A stretch of DNA of 63,873 nt, filler included, from Octopus bimaculoides (lineage: Eukaryota): NCBI RefSeq assembly GCF_001194135.2. It is 6 parts of 4 records of this genome, joined end to end, with 100 filler letters (N's around TTAATTAATTAA, not from the genome) between each part and the next. Parts side by side here need not be neighbours in the genome. Positions count along the whole stretch, not along the records: positions 1 to 14,670 come from NC_068987.1; 5 more parts are not named here. The stretch is one strand, 5' to 3'. The position numbers and the translations under genes were made by a program. Below, piece by piece: positions 1 to 12,815 of this stretch. A model generated the notes under the pieces. The model did no database searches. It was given only the letters and a program-made list of their open reading frames with translations, and was not told where the DNA came from. The stretch's first letter is position 1. Each line of letters opens with the position of its first letter.

Positions 1-88
1 TTTGTTAAAAAATTACAACAACGTGTAGAAGCACATTATAATTAGCAGCATATAACAACATCCAGTAGGATTGTCAATACAGTGATAC

Positions 89-120
<32 letters not shown>

Positions 121-864
121 GTGAGCCATCTAACAGACCATAAGTCAGGGAAAAGATGCACTCGTATATCTGTCAGTAGAGTGGGTATATTATCTGAAAT
201 CATGGCTGATCTAACCTATTGGTTTCGTGTAAATAATATAATGGAGTGTTAGGTAACATTTTGATTATATAACTTTATGCTCATCAGAGTTGGCTGATAT
301 GGAAGGGAACATAGCGACTGTTCTCCATTGTCAGAGGTGGATTAGCACAACCGGTCAATGACTGCTGTGAGAAATGGTGGTGAAACGAAAAAAGGCCAGG
401 GTTTAGGTTTGGCATTATGTTCCTTGGTTGAGTATGCTGTGAAGCTGGTAAGAGCTGTCTTGAAACAGGGAAGGTATGTATTATTAATGTAGTGCTCCTG
501 TAGGGTGGGGTGTGTGATATGTGATGTGGTGTTATATGCATAATTTTTTTCTGGGGGTGTAGGTGCACCACCATGACTGCAACCGCAGGTCCCCTTCCTC
601 GATCTTCCATCAATGACCTCCCAACAATGCTTGGCAAAAAGAGTTTGACCAAGGCACACACCAATGCATTCATGTACACATACACACACCCCTATAAGGT
701 GGACACTCCACAAAATAGACTGTCTCCCACTATCCCCAACACATACCCCTGCACACAAATTATACCCTCACACATACACAGACCCCCACCACACACACAT
801 GTTACACATTACACACAACATACTAACATAAACAAAACCCACTACTTTATCCTTCACAGAAGGA

Positions 865-1572
865 AAAGAGACCAAACGCCAACCACTCCGAGAGTGTAGT
901 GGGTGCTTTTAATGTGCCACCAGCACAGGAGCAAGTCAGGTGGGCTTGGCATCGATCACAATCAGATAGTGCTTTTTACATGCCACCGGCATCGGTCACA
1001 TTTGGTTGGTGCTTTTTACATGCCACCAGCATGAGAGCCAGTGAGGGGGTACTGGCATCGGCGACGTTCAGATGGCACTTTTTATGTGCCATTGGCATGG
1101 GAGCCAGTCAGGCAGACCTGGCATCAACCATGTTTGGATGGTGCTTTTTACATGCCAGTGGCATGGGAGTCAGTCATGAGGCACTGGCCACAGCTACGAT
1201 ATTGGTTTTACTTGACTCAGCAGGTCTTTTAAAAGCATATCGCACGATGCATCAGGGGTACTCTTAACTGGGCCAGACATGTGTGGTTGCGATCTCACTT
1301 TAGTTACCAGGTCTTCTCAATCACAGCATATCTCCAAAGGTCTTGGTCTCCTGTCATTGCCTCTGTGAAGCCCAATGTTCAAAAATCATGCTTCACCACC
1401 TCATCCCATGTCTTCCTGGGTCTACTTCTTCCACAGGTTCCTTCCACAGTTAGGGAGTGGCACTTCCTCATGCAACTGTCCTCATCCATATGTAACACAT
1501 GCCCATACCAACACATATTTGATGCTTCTTATGCCCAACTTTTCTCTCAGGGTGCTTGCACTCTGCTATATA
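865..1572 (-). mobile_element. RTE-clade LINE 3' fragment with tandemly repeated 3' UTR
   Basis: Reverse complement matches the RTE copies at 5.8-6.3 kb and 9.6-10.2 kb (REKLGIRSI...TCGRGRP-type ORF end, then repeated GTAAAAAGCACC units). Confidence 0.85.
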
Positions 1573-1602
1573 TGCACAATGACATTACACATCCAGTGGA
1601 TC

Positions 1603-1638
<36 letters not shown>

Positions 1639-2549
1639 GGTCTGTATGTATGTATATATATATTTGTATGTGTGTATATGTGCATGAAATATATATCTTT
1701 ATATGTATGGGTGTGAGAGTAGGTATGTTTACATATGTGTATGTATGTGAGTGAGCGTACATATCCATATGTGTGAGCGCCTGTGTGTATATACGTATGT
1801 ATATGTAGATGTATATATATATGCATATGTATGTATATATATATATATGCATGTGTTTGTGAATGTATATATATGTGTGTGTGTGTGCGTGCATGTGTAC
1901 ATATGTGTGCATGTGTATGTGTGTATGTATCCGAGCATTGAATCTTAAAGGCCAGCTAAGGACAATCACATACGTAACCAACCATGAAGAACAAATCAGC
2001 AGTACAAAGAAATAAAATACCAATCCCTTTAAAATGACAACCACTGCAACAGTAACAGAATCATCATCCCACTACATCCACACATTCAAAGCAGTTTGCC
2101 AATGGCCCTTCAGCAACAACACAGCCTGATAAGCTCAGAGACTACTACTAAATTCAGGCCATGACGGACAGATAGGATGTTCTTGAAGTTGAGGATTTTC
2201 AACTTATGGAGACAGTATTTACTTATCGCCTGAGGAAACACAACTAGATCTCATAATGCAGGGAAACAGTTGCATAATCAAGTACCTGCACACTTGGAGA
2301 AGTATGTTGAGTGAAAACAATTGTAGTGATTAAAAAATAAATGTCTAACCCTACCCCTTCTTGTTGGCTCCAATTTTTTCAATTATCTATTCACACATGA
2401 CAGATGCCCAAATGCAAACCTGGAAGTACATATAATACTACAACTGCATAGCACAGGGTAAATCTGAAGGTGGTCGACATTAATACTGTGCTCTATCAGA
2501 TTCTTAACAGAATATATAATAACTATATATATATATAATGATGATAATA

Positions 2550-2580
<31 letters not shown>

Positions 2581-3387
2581 GCTATATAATGATGATAATT
2601 ATATATATATATATATACACGCACACACATATGCACATGCACACAATGGGCGTCTTTCAGTTTCCGTCTGCAAAATCCACTCACAAGGCTTTGATTGCTT
2701 GAGACTTGAGGCAAGCTTCTTACCACACACCCACAACTGCACCTACACACACACACACACACACACATGTAGGTGATGATAATGATATTGATGATGATGA
2801 TGATGATGGTGGTGGTGATGATGATGAGGATGCTAATGACACATTTTTAAATGTCTGCTATTACTTTGCAACAGAATTGTTGATATTTACATGAAAAAGT
2901 AACTAACGAAACACAAAAAAATATCGTAGACACTGATTAGTGAGGTGATGATAATGATGATGATGATGACGATTACAATAACAATGATGATGGTGATGAT
3001 GTTGAGGATGAGGAGGATGGAGGATGGAGGATGGAGGTACTGCCACTGCTGTTTAATCCATGTCTTTTGTGATTAATTTTTATAAATGTTGACAGAGCAT
3101 AAAGAAACAAGATAATTATAAAAAAATAGAAAATATAAAACAGATAAAAAAAAGAAAATAAGAGATCAGCTTCACTCATTAGATATTTTATTTTGCTACT
3201 GTTCTGGGTCAGGGTATTTTTATACTATTTATCCATGTATTTGTTTGTTAAGTTATCTATTTATGTGTTCATTTATTTATTTATTTATTTATTTATTTGT
3301 TCATTTATTTTTACACTTATTTGTTTATCTTAATAGTTTGTGAGGTGGTGCTAATACTAGTATAAAAATTACCAAATTTTACCTCCC

Positions 3388-3432
3388 TTGTCACCACCAC
3401 CGCCGCCACCACCACCACCACCACCACCACCG

Positions 3433-3487
<55 letters not shown>
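3388..3487. repeat. Compound (CCA)n(CTA)n microsatellite
   Basis: Directly visible; explains the poly-P/poly-L ORF. Confidence 0.95.
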
Positions 3488-3490
<3 letters not shown>

Positions 3491-4174
3491 AATCTGCCCT
3501 GGGCTTAAACAATAACAACAATAATTATTACATTTCCTGCTGGTGCTTTTGTTACTCTTGTTATTGTTGTTGTTTTCTGGGGTTTTTTTTCTTTCATTTC
3601 TCTTTTACATTAAGAAGTGATTATTCCACCTTAATTTGAATTTTGCATGTGCCAATCAATTTGTATCTTAAAATGCTTCTACTATTATTATTTTTAATCA
3701 TTTCTTTGGTTTTTGCTTTTCAAATTAATTTTCAAACTAGAAAAATTTCAGATCAAAATTATATTTTTGTATTGTAATATTGTTTAAATTGGCAAAATAT
3801 TAGAAAGCACACATAAAAAAAGAGAATTATGCATGAAACATCAATAGAACCCACCAACAAGTGTGCTTCTATACAGTTTTATGGCTTGCAAGAAATAACA
3901 ACTAAATCCCTTACAAATCATATCCTAACATCTTCAAGAAAAAGAAAGATGAGTTTGTAAAGCATGCTGCGTATTATGAAGCAATCGCTGAGTTTGAATG
4001 ATTGCTTGATAGTACATACCATGCTATATAAGTTCATCCATCAGTTGTATTAATACAGGCATGAAACTTATGGTAGCTTACATTTAAATCCTGTACATAT
4101 TAAATGATATTTATCAGTCATTGGATGAAGTACTTTTATTGTCAATCCCATCAATAATGGAACAGCATACTATA

Positions 4175-4740
4175 TACACCAGGTTGAGTCAACAGTCTGT
4201 TTCTGGATTTCAAGCTTTAATTAAAAGTTCAAGCAAATTAAATATGAAAAGTGTTTATTCATCAAAATATATCCCATCATTATTCTATTGTCTATTGCCC
4301 TCATTGTGTCAGAAGCTCAATTCTGTGCTTATACCATTTGGCTGGTTTAGAGGCAAAAAAATTCCTGCACCCATTTTCAACCTCATCTACATTGTTGAAC
4401 CTCCGTCTATGCAGGAAATGAGCCATGGCTAAAAAAAGATAGTAATCTAATGGTGAAAGGTCTGGATTGTAGGCAGAGTGAGGCAGCACATCCAACACCT
4501 CAAGTTCCTCAAATTTGTACTTGGCCACATTGGCAGTGTGTGCTAGAACATTATACTGTAGGAGTGCACATCTTTGACTGATCAATACTGGGTAGTGGGC
4601 TGTCAAAGAATAATATACTTGCTGCTGTTGTTGAACCTAAACGTTAGCATTCAGAGCATCACCATCTAGGACAAGCCCAAAGTGAAACACCCCCTTGAAA
4701 TTCTACCAAACAAACAACATGACCTTTTAGCAATTGTGGT
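4175..4740 (-). mobile_element. Degenerate mariner (DD34D-type) transposase, C-terminal part and right end
   Basis: Minus strand reads KVMLFVW...G...HTA...VLPHSAYNPDLSPLDYYLFLAM...FFASKPAKWYKHRIELL, resembling the mariner PHP.YSPDLAP.DY.LF motif. Ends at a TA with a TIR-like sequence (tacaccaggttgagtcaa). Confidence 0.85.
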
Positions 4741-5058
4741 AAATGGTGCAATGTGGTTAAAGCCCTGGTAATATAATATTTTCTGGGTTAATAAGAGTCA
4801 GGATAAAGAACATTGAGAAATTCAAAGACAAGTTAAAGTTGACTGCAACAATTAATCCATTGCTAGAAGGAAATACAGCAAACTGGCATAACATGAATAA
4901 TTCTGTCAAATAAAATACAGTTTCAAACTGTATCTTGAAGATGAAGATGAACATTGGGAAAATACAAAACATGGTGGCAAGGAATTCTGCTAACAATTTT
5001 CTCCTCACTGAAACTGAAAAACAGAATAAAACTGTTCTTATGTTGAAGATCCAAACTT

Positions 5059-6350
5059 GTTCAGAGTACAAGTAGGGATTCACCAAGGATCTGTCCTCCG
5101 CCCCATCTTGTTCATCATAGTCCTCCAGGCAATAACAGAGGAATTTAAGACAAGCTGATCCTAGGAGCTCCTCTATGCTGGTAACCTTGCTCTTACAGCT
5201 GAATCACTACCAGAACTAGAGAAGAAGTTCCAGGTATGGAAGCAAGGTCTAGAATCAAAGGGCCTTAGAGTTAACCTAGCAAAAACCAAAGTCTTAGTAA
5301 GTAGGAAGGTGGACAAATCACAAGTCCCTTCAGGTAGGCGGCCCTGCTCGAGCTGTAGAAAAGGTGTCGGTAGAAACTCCATAAGATATACCCAGTGTAA
5401 ACTATGGACACATAAAAGGTGCAGCAATATCAGAGGAAGATTAACAGGGAAAACAGCTTTTGTGTGTGGTAGATGCACAGGTACAATAACCACCAAAAAT
5501 GTACAGAAAATAAACTCCATCAACTGCCATGGGGGTAAGCTAGAGGTAGTAGATAGCTTCCATTACCTAGGTGATCAAGTTAGTAGTGGAGGTGGATGCT
5601 CTGAGATCATAGCTGTCAGAAGAAGAATAGGCTGGGCAAAGTTTAGAGAGCTCCTACCTCTGCTGGCAACAAAGAGCCTCTCTCTCGGACTAAAAGGCAG
5701 ATTGTATGATGCCCATGTACGAACAGCTATGCTACATGCAGTGAAACATGGGCTGTGACAGCCGAGGACATGTGTAAACTTGAAAGAAATGAAGCCAGTA
5801 TGTTTTGTTGGATGTGCAATGTTAGTGTGCATGCTCGACAGAGTGTAAGCATCTTGAGAGTAAAGTTAGGCATAAGAGGCATCAGATGTGGTGTGCAAGA
5901 GAGAAGAATGCCCTGGTATAGTCATGCGATGTGTATGGATGAGGACAGCTGTGTAAAGAAGTGCTGAATCCGAACTGTGGAGTGAACCTGTGGCAGAGGC
6001 AAACTCAGGAAGACATAGGATGAGGTGGTAAAGCATGATCTCCAAAATTTGGGCCTTGCAACGGCAATGACTAGTGGCCAAGATCTTTGGTGATATGCTG
6101 TGCTTGAGGTGACCCATCGAGCCAACTTGTGGCTGATGCTGGTGTCATGTAACCCATGCAGGTGGCACATAAAAAACACTTTTCAAGTGTTGAGCCTCAC
6201 AGAGGAAAATAGAATGTTGGGACCCACTGAGGCAATGACCAAGACCTTTGGCATTATGTTGTGCTTGAGAAGATCCATCAAGCCAGTTGTGGGAGATACC
6301 AGTGTCACACAAATGGCACCTGTGCCCATGGCACGTAAAAGCACCCATTA
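5059..6350 (+). mobile_element. RTE-clade LINE fragment (RT C-terminal half, Cys-rich finger, ORF end)
   Basis: FRVQVGIHQGSVL.PILFIIVL...LLYA(D>G)NLAL...GLRVN..KTK followed by PCSSCRKGVGRNSI..TQCKLWTHKRC...FVCGRC and F.YLGD..SSGGGCSE; contains stops and frameshifts. Confidence 0.9.
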
Positions 6351-7242
6351 CACATGTTTTATACCTGTAGCATACATGTGTGTGTGTGTGTGTATGTGTG
6401 TGTATGTGTATGTGTGTGTGTATGCACATCAGTGTGTGTTTGTGTGTGTATTCACACACAATCATGCAATATATATTTTTGCAAATGTGGGCTCCTGTGC
6501 ATGAACAATAAATGCACAAAAATGATATAGATATAAATGTGTAAAACACAAACAATCTAAATACAAAAATACAACAAATGCATAAATATATAAATATAAA
6601 ACAACTTGAGTTTCTAATCACTGTATATCTATATAGATATATAAAATATATAAGATGTAAACAATTAATTATTTAAAAACTGTTTAAGGATTAAAAAAAA
6701 ACTGAATAAAAATTTGATTACTAGAATAGCTTCCTAAATGCATAAATATATAAATGTTAGGTGTATAAAATTTGTATAAAAAATTGTTGTACAAAAACAA
6801 CTATTATATAATAAGTGTTATATAATTCTTATGATCACAGATAATAAGGAAATCTCCTGGGATTATAGGAAAATGGGAATATGGAAATATAGAAACATAG
6901 ATATAGCAGCATAAAATTTTTAAAAATACATGTAATTCTGTTGACTTTTATGAATGTCTATGTGTGAATGCATAGGTGAATTTATTCAGATATATGTGTG
7001 AATGTGTAAATATATAGATTAACATGTGCAAACACAGACACTTATACATATACATGTAAACATGCATGGATACACATGTGTATATGCTGAATGTATATAC
7101 ACATCAAATATATATAATTACATGCAAGCATATGTGTACATGTGTGAAAAGGTATATATATTTATACTTTTACACATAAGCATATGTACATTAATGTACA
7201 CACATAAATGATATAGTAACAACAAGAACAATAATAATAATA

Positions 7243-7460
7243 ATCATTTCAATTTTTGGCGCAAGGCCAGCAATTTCAGGAGGAAGTAGTGAGTCGATTA
7301 CATTGATCTCAGTACTCAACTGGTACTTATTTTTTTGATCCCCAAAAGAGGAAAAGCAAAGTCAATCTTGGAAGAATTTGAACTTAGAACATAAAGATAG
7401 ACAAAATGCTCCTAAGCATTTTGCCCAACATGTTAACAGTTCTTCCAGATAGCCACATTA
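7243..7460 (-). mobile_element. tRNA-derived SINE (AAGGCGGCGAGCTGGCAGAA-head family), CpG-decayed copy
   Basis: Collinear with the reverse complement of the young copy at 54626-54800, with the alternative ...ggccttgcgccaaaaattgaaa tail. Confidence 0.8.
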
Positions 7461-7474
7461 ACAACAACAACAAT

Positions 7475-8077
7475 AACAAGAGAATTCAAAGAGCACAGAC
7501 CTCCGCCATGGCAACACCAACATCCTCTCAACAATTAACCAGAGATGATTTTTAAAATGTGAATATCTGAAATAAATTCAACTGCTCTCACAAATGAGAA
7601 TACTGAAAATAAACCCGACTGCTCTCAAAAATTTAGTAAAAATATCAGAAAAATAACCCAGAATCCTTGTCTAGTACCTGATCGATCCTAATGGTAGTCA
7701 TGGAATGTGAAGGTGGCTGTAGAAAATTTAGCAACAGTAATAAATAGTTCATCCTTATCTGATACAAGCCAAAGTTAACAAATTCACCATTCAAAATAGT
7801 TACAGCGTAAAGGGAGATAATTGAGAAAGACTTGATGGTTAATGTAAGATCGTAATTATGTAAAGTGAAGTAAATATAAGAAATAATCCAGGATCCTTGT
7901 CCAGTATCGGATCAATCCCAAATTCTAATCAGTTCATGCCTGTCTTGAGGCCAAGCTTCCCTGAAAGTTTCATCTGAACCTATCAAGTGGTTCTTGAGAT
8001 ATCTTCTCCACGGACAAACAAACAAACAAACACAACTGAAAACAACACCTCTGCCTTTGCTAAGGCAGAGGTAATAA
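7475..8077 (-). mobile_element. HINE/DINE-1-like non-autonomous Helentron
   Basis: Terminal palindrome acctctgcc-tttgctaa-ggcagaggt (8047-8072), (TTTG)n microsatellite, then a core of the form atctcaagaacc...gatagg..atgaaacttt. A matching sub-terminal acctccgcc lies at the other end (~7500). The element sits between TT/AA-rich flanks. Confidence 0.7.
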
Positions 8078-8292
8078 TGATTTCAAATTTTGGCACAAGG
8101 CCAGCAATTTCGGGGGAGGAAGTAAGTTGATTACATTGACCTCAGTGCTCAACAGGTACTCTTTTTATCGACCCTGAAAGGATGAAATGCAAAGTTGACT
8201 TTGGAGGAATTTCAATACAGAATGTAAAGATGGATGAATATTGCTAAGCATTTTGCCCAACATGTTAACAGTTCTGTCAACTCACCACCTTA
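8078..8292 (-). mobile_element. tRNA-derived SINE, same family as 7243-7460
   Basis: Collinear match to the other copies (tttggcacaaggccagcaattt...gatgaaatgcaaagttgac...ctaagcattttgccc). Confidence 0.8.
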
Positions 8293-8684
8293 ACAACAAC
8301 AACAACAACAATAATAATAATTTTAAAGCTTGGTACAAGGTTAACCATTTTGGGGTAGGCGATAAGTTGATTACATGGTTAGTACTTATCTGACCATCAA
8401 CCCCAAAAGAATGAAAAATAATGTAAGCCATGGCATTATTGATCTTAGTGGAATTTGAACTCATAACCTAAAGATGAACGAAATGCCATTAAGTGTTTTT
8501 CTTGGCGTACTAACCTATTTCTGCTTCCCTATTTCTCTGTTACTCTCTAACTTTTCATCATTAGATACTAGGCCACCTCCTTTAATGCCCCCTCTGTTGT
8601 GGCAAGACACCTGCTTCTGTCTCTTTGTCACACTAACTCCATCCTCTCAGGCAAATGCCCTACCCTTCTCATATTTCCTTGTCT

Positions 8685-8905
8685 TGTGAGTTACTTGGTT
8701 ACCCTGCTAGTCCTGGTGCTACATTAAAAGCATCCAATCTACACTGTAATGTTGTTGGCATCTGGAAGGGCATCCGGCTATAAAATCTCTGCCAAGATAG
8801 ACACAGAAGCCTTGGGTGGTTTTTCTACTTGGCCGGCTCCTCTCAAATGACCTACCCATGCATGCATGGAAGATGGACGTTAAACAATGATGACAAAGAT
8901 GGTGA
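8685..8905 (+). mobile_element. Non-autonomous element ending in an RTE-type 3' tail
   Basis: ggcatctggaagggcatccggct...acccatgcatgcatggaagatggacgttaaacaatgatga matches the RTE tail at 10180-10360. Confidence 0.7.
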
Positions 8906-9274
8906 TGATACATATATATATATATATATATGAGTGGATAAAATGAAAGAAAAAGGCACTCAGTACATTTAGTAGGAGTTATATGTATTATTTAAAACAG
9001 TTTGATTCGGGTAAAGTAGCACAGAAACCATATGAAACAGTTTTAAATAATGTGTGTGTGTGTGTGTGTGTGTGTCTGCACCTATTCTCAATGTTATATT
9101 AACAGTTAAAAAGAAGAGTACTTGGTGCCATGGTAGAGATTAATGATGCTTTATTTGTTGAGTCAGTCTCATGCTTTTTTGAGTTTCATCCTGAACATTT
9201 CGCATGCCTATAGCTGAAGCTCATTGAAACAAGAGCTAGACTTGACCAAAATAATTAATATATATAAACACTGA

Positions 9275-10318
9275 AAATGTGCAGGAAACAGCTTCCATCA
9301 CATGCCAGAGGGAGAAACTAGAAGTAGTTGATAGCGTCCGTTACCTAAGTGACCAAGTCAGTAGCAGGGGTGGATGCTCTGAGGGTGTAACTGCTAGAAT
9401 AAGAATAGTCTGGGCAAAGTTCAGAGAGCTCCTACCTCTGCTGGTGACAAAGGGCCTCTTGCTCAGAGTGAAAGTTAGACTGTATGATGCATGTGTGTAA
9501 ACAGCCATACTACACAACAGTGAAATATGTGCCATGACTGCTGAGGACAAACATAGGCTTGAAAGAAATGAAGCTAGTATCCTCTGCTGGATGTGTAATG
9601 TCAGTGTGCATACACGACAAAGTGTAAGCACCCTGAGAGAAAAGTTGAGCATAAGAAGCATCAGATGTGGTGTGCAAGAGAGATGACTGCACTGGTATGG
9701 TCATGAATCATGTGTTGTGAATGGAAGAGAAGAGTTGTGTGAAAAAGTGTCATGCCCTAGCAGTCGACGGAACCTGTGGAAGAGGTAGACCCAAGAAGAT
9801 CTGGGATGAGGTGATGAAGCATGACTTTTGAATGTTGGGCCTCACAGAGGTGATGACAAGTGACTGAGACCTTTGGAGATATGCTGTGCTTGAGAAGACC
9901 CAACAAGCCAAGTGGGACCATAACTGCCAGTGTCGCTGAGTGGTTCCTGTGCCAATGGAACGTATAAAGCACCATTTAAGTGTAGTCATTGCCATTACTG
10001 CCTGAGTGGCACCTGTGCCAGTGGCATGTAAAAAGCACCATCCATGTGTGGTCGTTGCCAGTGCCACTTGACTGGCTCCCGTGCTGGTGGCACGTAAAAA
10101 GTACCATTCAAGCGTGGTTGATGCCAGTATCACCTGACTAACCCTCATGCCGGTGGTATGTAAAAAGCACCCACTACACTCTTAGAGTGGCTGGTGTTAA
10201 GAACGGCATTCTGCAGTAGAAACCTTACAAGATCTGATTGGAGCCTGGTATAGCCTTCTGGTTTGCCAGTCCTCAGTCAAACCATCCAAGCCAAGCCAGT
10301 ATAGAAAGCGGGCAATAA

Positions 10319-10360
<42 letters not shown>
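9275..10360 (+). mobile_element. 5'-truncated RTE LINE with complete 3' UTR and (GAT)n tail
   Basis: REKLEVVDSVRYLSDQVSSRGGCSEGVTARIRIVWAKFRELLPLL..., then ~65-bp UTR repeats, the tail and (GAT)n at ~10320-10360. Confidence 0.9.
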
Positions 10361-11361
10361 ATGATATATATGTTGAATGATACAATTACAGATTCTCATA
10401 TGCAGGACTTCAAGATTCTGTGTCAATGATATGATGATCACATCACTTCTTCATCTGTTGCAAGTTACCATTGATTACAAGCATCAAACATTGTATGGTT
10501 GACATGGAGACTTGACATCCTGTATGTGAGTGTCCATCACTGCATCATTCAATAAATATATTCCTCTATTTGCAATGATATTGAGGTCTACTTCTTTTGT
10601 CATCGCAAACAGCTGTTTGATATATATATATATATATATATATANNNNNNNNNNNNNNNNNNNNNNNNNNNNNNNNNNNNNNNNNNNNNNNNNNNNNNNN
10701 NNNNNNNNNNNNNNNNNNNNNNNNNNNNNNNNNNNNNNNNNNNNNNNNNNNNNNNNNNNNNNNNNNNNNNNNNNNNNNNNNNNNNNNNNNNNNNNNNNNN
10801 NNNNNNNNNNNNNNNNNNNNNNNNNNNNNNNNNNNNNNNNNNNNNNNNNNNNNNNNNNNNNNNNNNNNNNNNNNNNNNNNNNNNNNNNNNNNNNNNNNNN
10901 NNNNNNNNNNNNNNNNNNNNNNNNNNNNNNNNNNNNNNNNNNNNNNNNNNNNNNNNNNNNNNNNNNNNNNNNNNNNNNNNNNNNNNNNNNNNNNNNNNNN
11001 NNNNNNNNNNNNNNNNNNNNNNNNNNNNNNNNNNNNNNNNNNNNNNNNNNNNNNNNNNNNNNNNNNNNNNNNNNNNNNNNNNNNNNNNNNNNNNNNTGTA
11101 TAGAGGAATATATTATTTTGCTTAAAAGAGTTCCAACACTGTCTGTTTTTTATGTTTTATTTATATTCCTGCAGAACTAATGTGGGGTATAGAATATGGA
11201 ATATACAATATATAATATGATATACAATATACAATATAAAATAAAATAAAATAAAAATGGATGGCACCATGAAAGAAAGTATTGAATGTAGATGAAATAT
11301 TGAGTGTTCAATATAAAGGATCAAATATATAAATATATAAATATAAATATATATATATAAA

Positions 11362-11401
11362 GGCGACTCGAGTTTCAGGGCTATTTCCCTTCGTCATGGC
11401 C
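11362..11401 (-). ncRNA. Minimal type-I hammerhead ribozyme-like motif (Penelope-associated), core interrupted by one inserted A
   Basis: Minus strand: GGC-C(A)UGACGA-AGGG aaauag CCCU-GAAA-C ucga G-UC-GCC. This gives stem I (3 bp), core, stem II (4 bp), a palindromic mini stem III and a GUC cleavage triplet. Confidence 0.6.
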
Positions 11402-11439
11402 GGTATGACAGACTTTAACAGATGTGTGTGTGTGTGTGT

Positions 11440-11526
11440 AGACAAATTACTGAAGCTACACACATAATAGAAGAGAAACCTAGCCTGAATAGGAAACTAG
11501 AATGGAACACTAACACACACCACTAA
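11440..11526 (+). mobile_element. Penelope-like element, GIY-YIG endonuclease C-terminal remnant
   Basis: Reads RQITEATHIIEEKPSLNRKLEW..*, resembling the PLE endonuclease ending R.I.EA..I....P.LNR..E. Lies 40 nt from the hammerhead motif. Confidence 0.6.
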
Positions 11527-12656
11527 CAAACCACAAACCACAGCATGTGACAATATGTTACCCATAAACCAATAATAATATGAACAAAGTATAATACAAT
11601 ACATAGATAAACAAATGGAATTAAATACTACATACGTTAACAAAATTTAATTAAGCACAAAAAACCCCAAAAAAAACACACACACAAATAAATAAAAACA
11701 AATACAAACGAACATGTATTAACAGAGAATATAGGTGATGCAGACACTCCCCATACACACATGCACTTACAAAAGACACAGACACATTGAAGGACACGCA
11801 TGCGTAGACACATACANNNNNNNNNNNNNNNNNNNNNNNNNNNNNNNNNNNNNNNNNNNNNNNNNNNNNNNNNNNNNNNNNNNNNNNNNNNNNNNNNNNN
11901 NNNNNNNNNNNNNNNNNNNNNNNNNNNNNNNNNNNNNNNNNNNNNNNNNNNNNNNNNNNNNNNNNNNNNNNNNNNNNNNNNNNNNNNNNNNNNNNNNNNN
12001 NNNNNNNNNNNNNNNNNNNNNNNNNNNNNNNNNNNNNNNNNNNNNNNNNNNNNNNNNNNNNNNNNNNNNNNNNNNNNNNNNNNNNNNNNNNNNNNNNNNN
12101 NNNNNNNNNNNNNNNNNNNNNNNNNNNNNNNNNNNNNNNNNNNNNNNNNNNNNNNNNNNNNNNNNNNNNNNNNNNNNNNNNNNNNNNNNNNNNNNNNNNN
12201 NNNNNNNNNNNNNNNNNNNNNNNNNNNNNNNNNNNNNNNNNNNNNNNNNNNNNNNNNNNNNNNNNNNNNNNNNNNNNNNNNNNNNNNNNNNNNNNNNNNN
12301 NNNNNNNNNNNNNNNNNNNNNNNNNNNNNNNNNNNNNNNNNNNNNNNNNNNNNNNNNNNNNNNNNNNNNNNNNNNNNNNNNNNNNNNNNNNNNNNNNNNN
12401 NNNNNNNNNNNNNNNNNNNNNNNNNNNNNNNNNNNNNNNNNNNNNNNNNNNNNNNNNNNNNNNNNNNNNNNNNNNNNNNNNNNNNNNNNNNNNNNNNNNN
12501 NNNNNNNNNNNNNNNNNNNNNNNNNNNNNNNNNNNNNNNNNNNNNNNNNNNNNNNNNNNNNNNNNNNNNNNNNNNNNNNNNNNNNNNNNNNNNNNNNNNN
12601 NNNNNNNNNNNNNNNNNNNNNNNNNNNNNNNNNNNNNNNNNNNNNNNNNNNNNNNN

Positions 12657-12721
<65 letters not shown>

Positions 12722-12815
12722 CATTGTCCCTAGTGGATAAATCTATATCTATCTATCTATCTATCTGTATGTATGTATGTATGTATGAATATATGTATAT
12801 ATATATAGATATATA

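Noticed and set aside
358-473. Short plus-strand ORF MTAVRNGGETKKGQGLGLALCSLVEYAVKLVRAVLKQG ending at AAG|gtatgt
   Set aside because: Good donor but weak acceptor, no recognisable homology and no partner exon found.
1566-2044. Overlapping IYIY/THTH/VCVC ORFs here and at many other microsatellites
   Set aside because: Translations of dinucleotide repeats; not genes.
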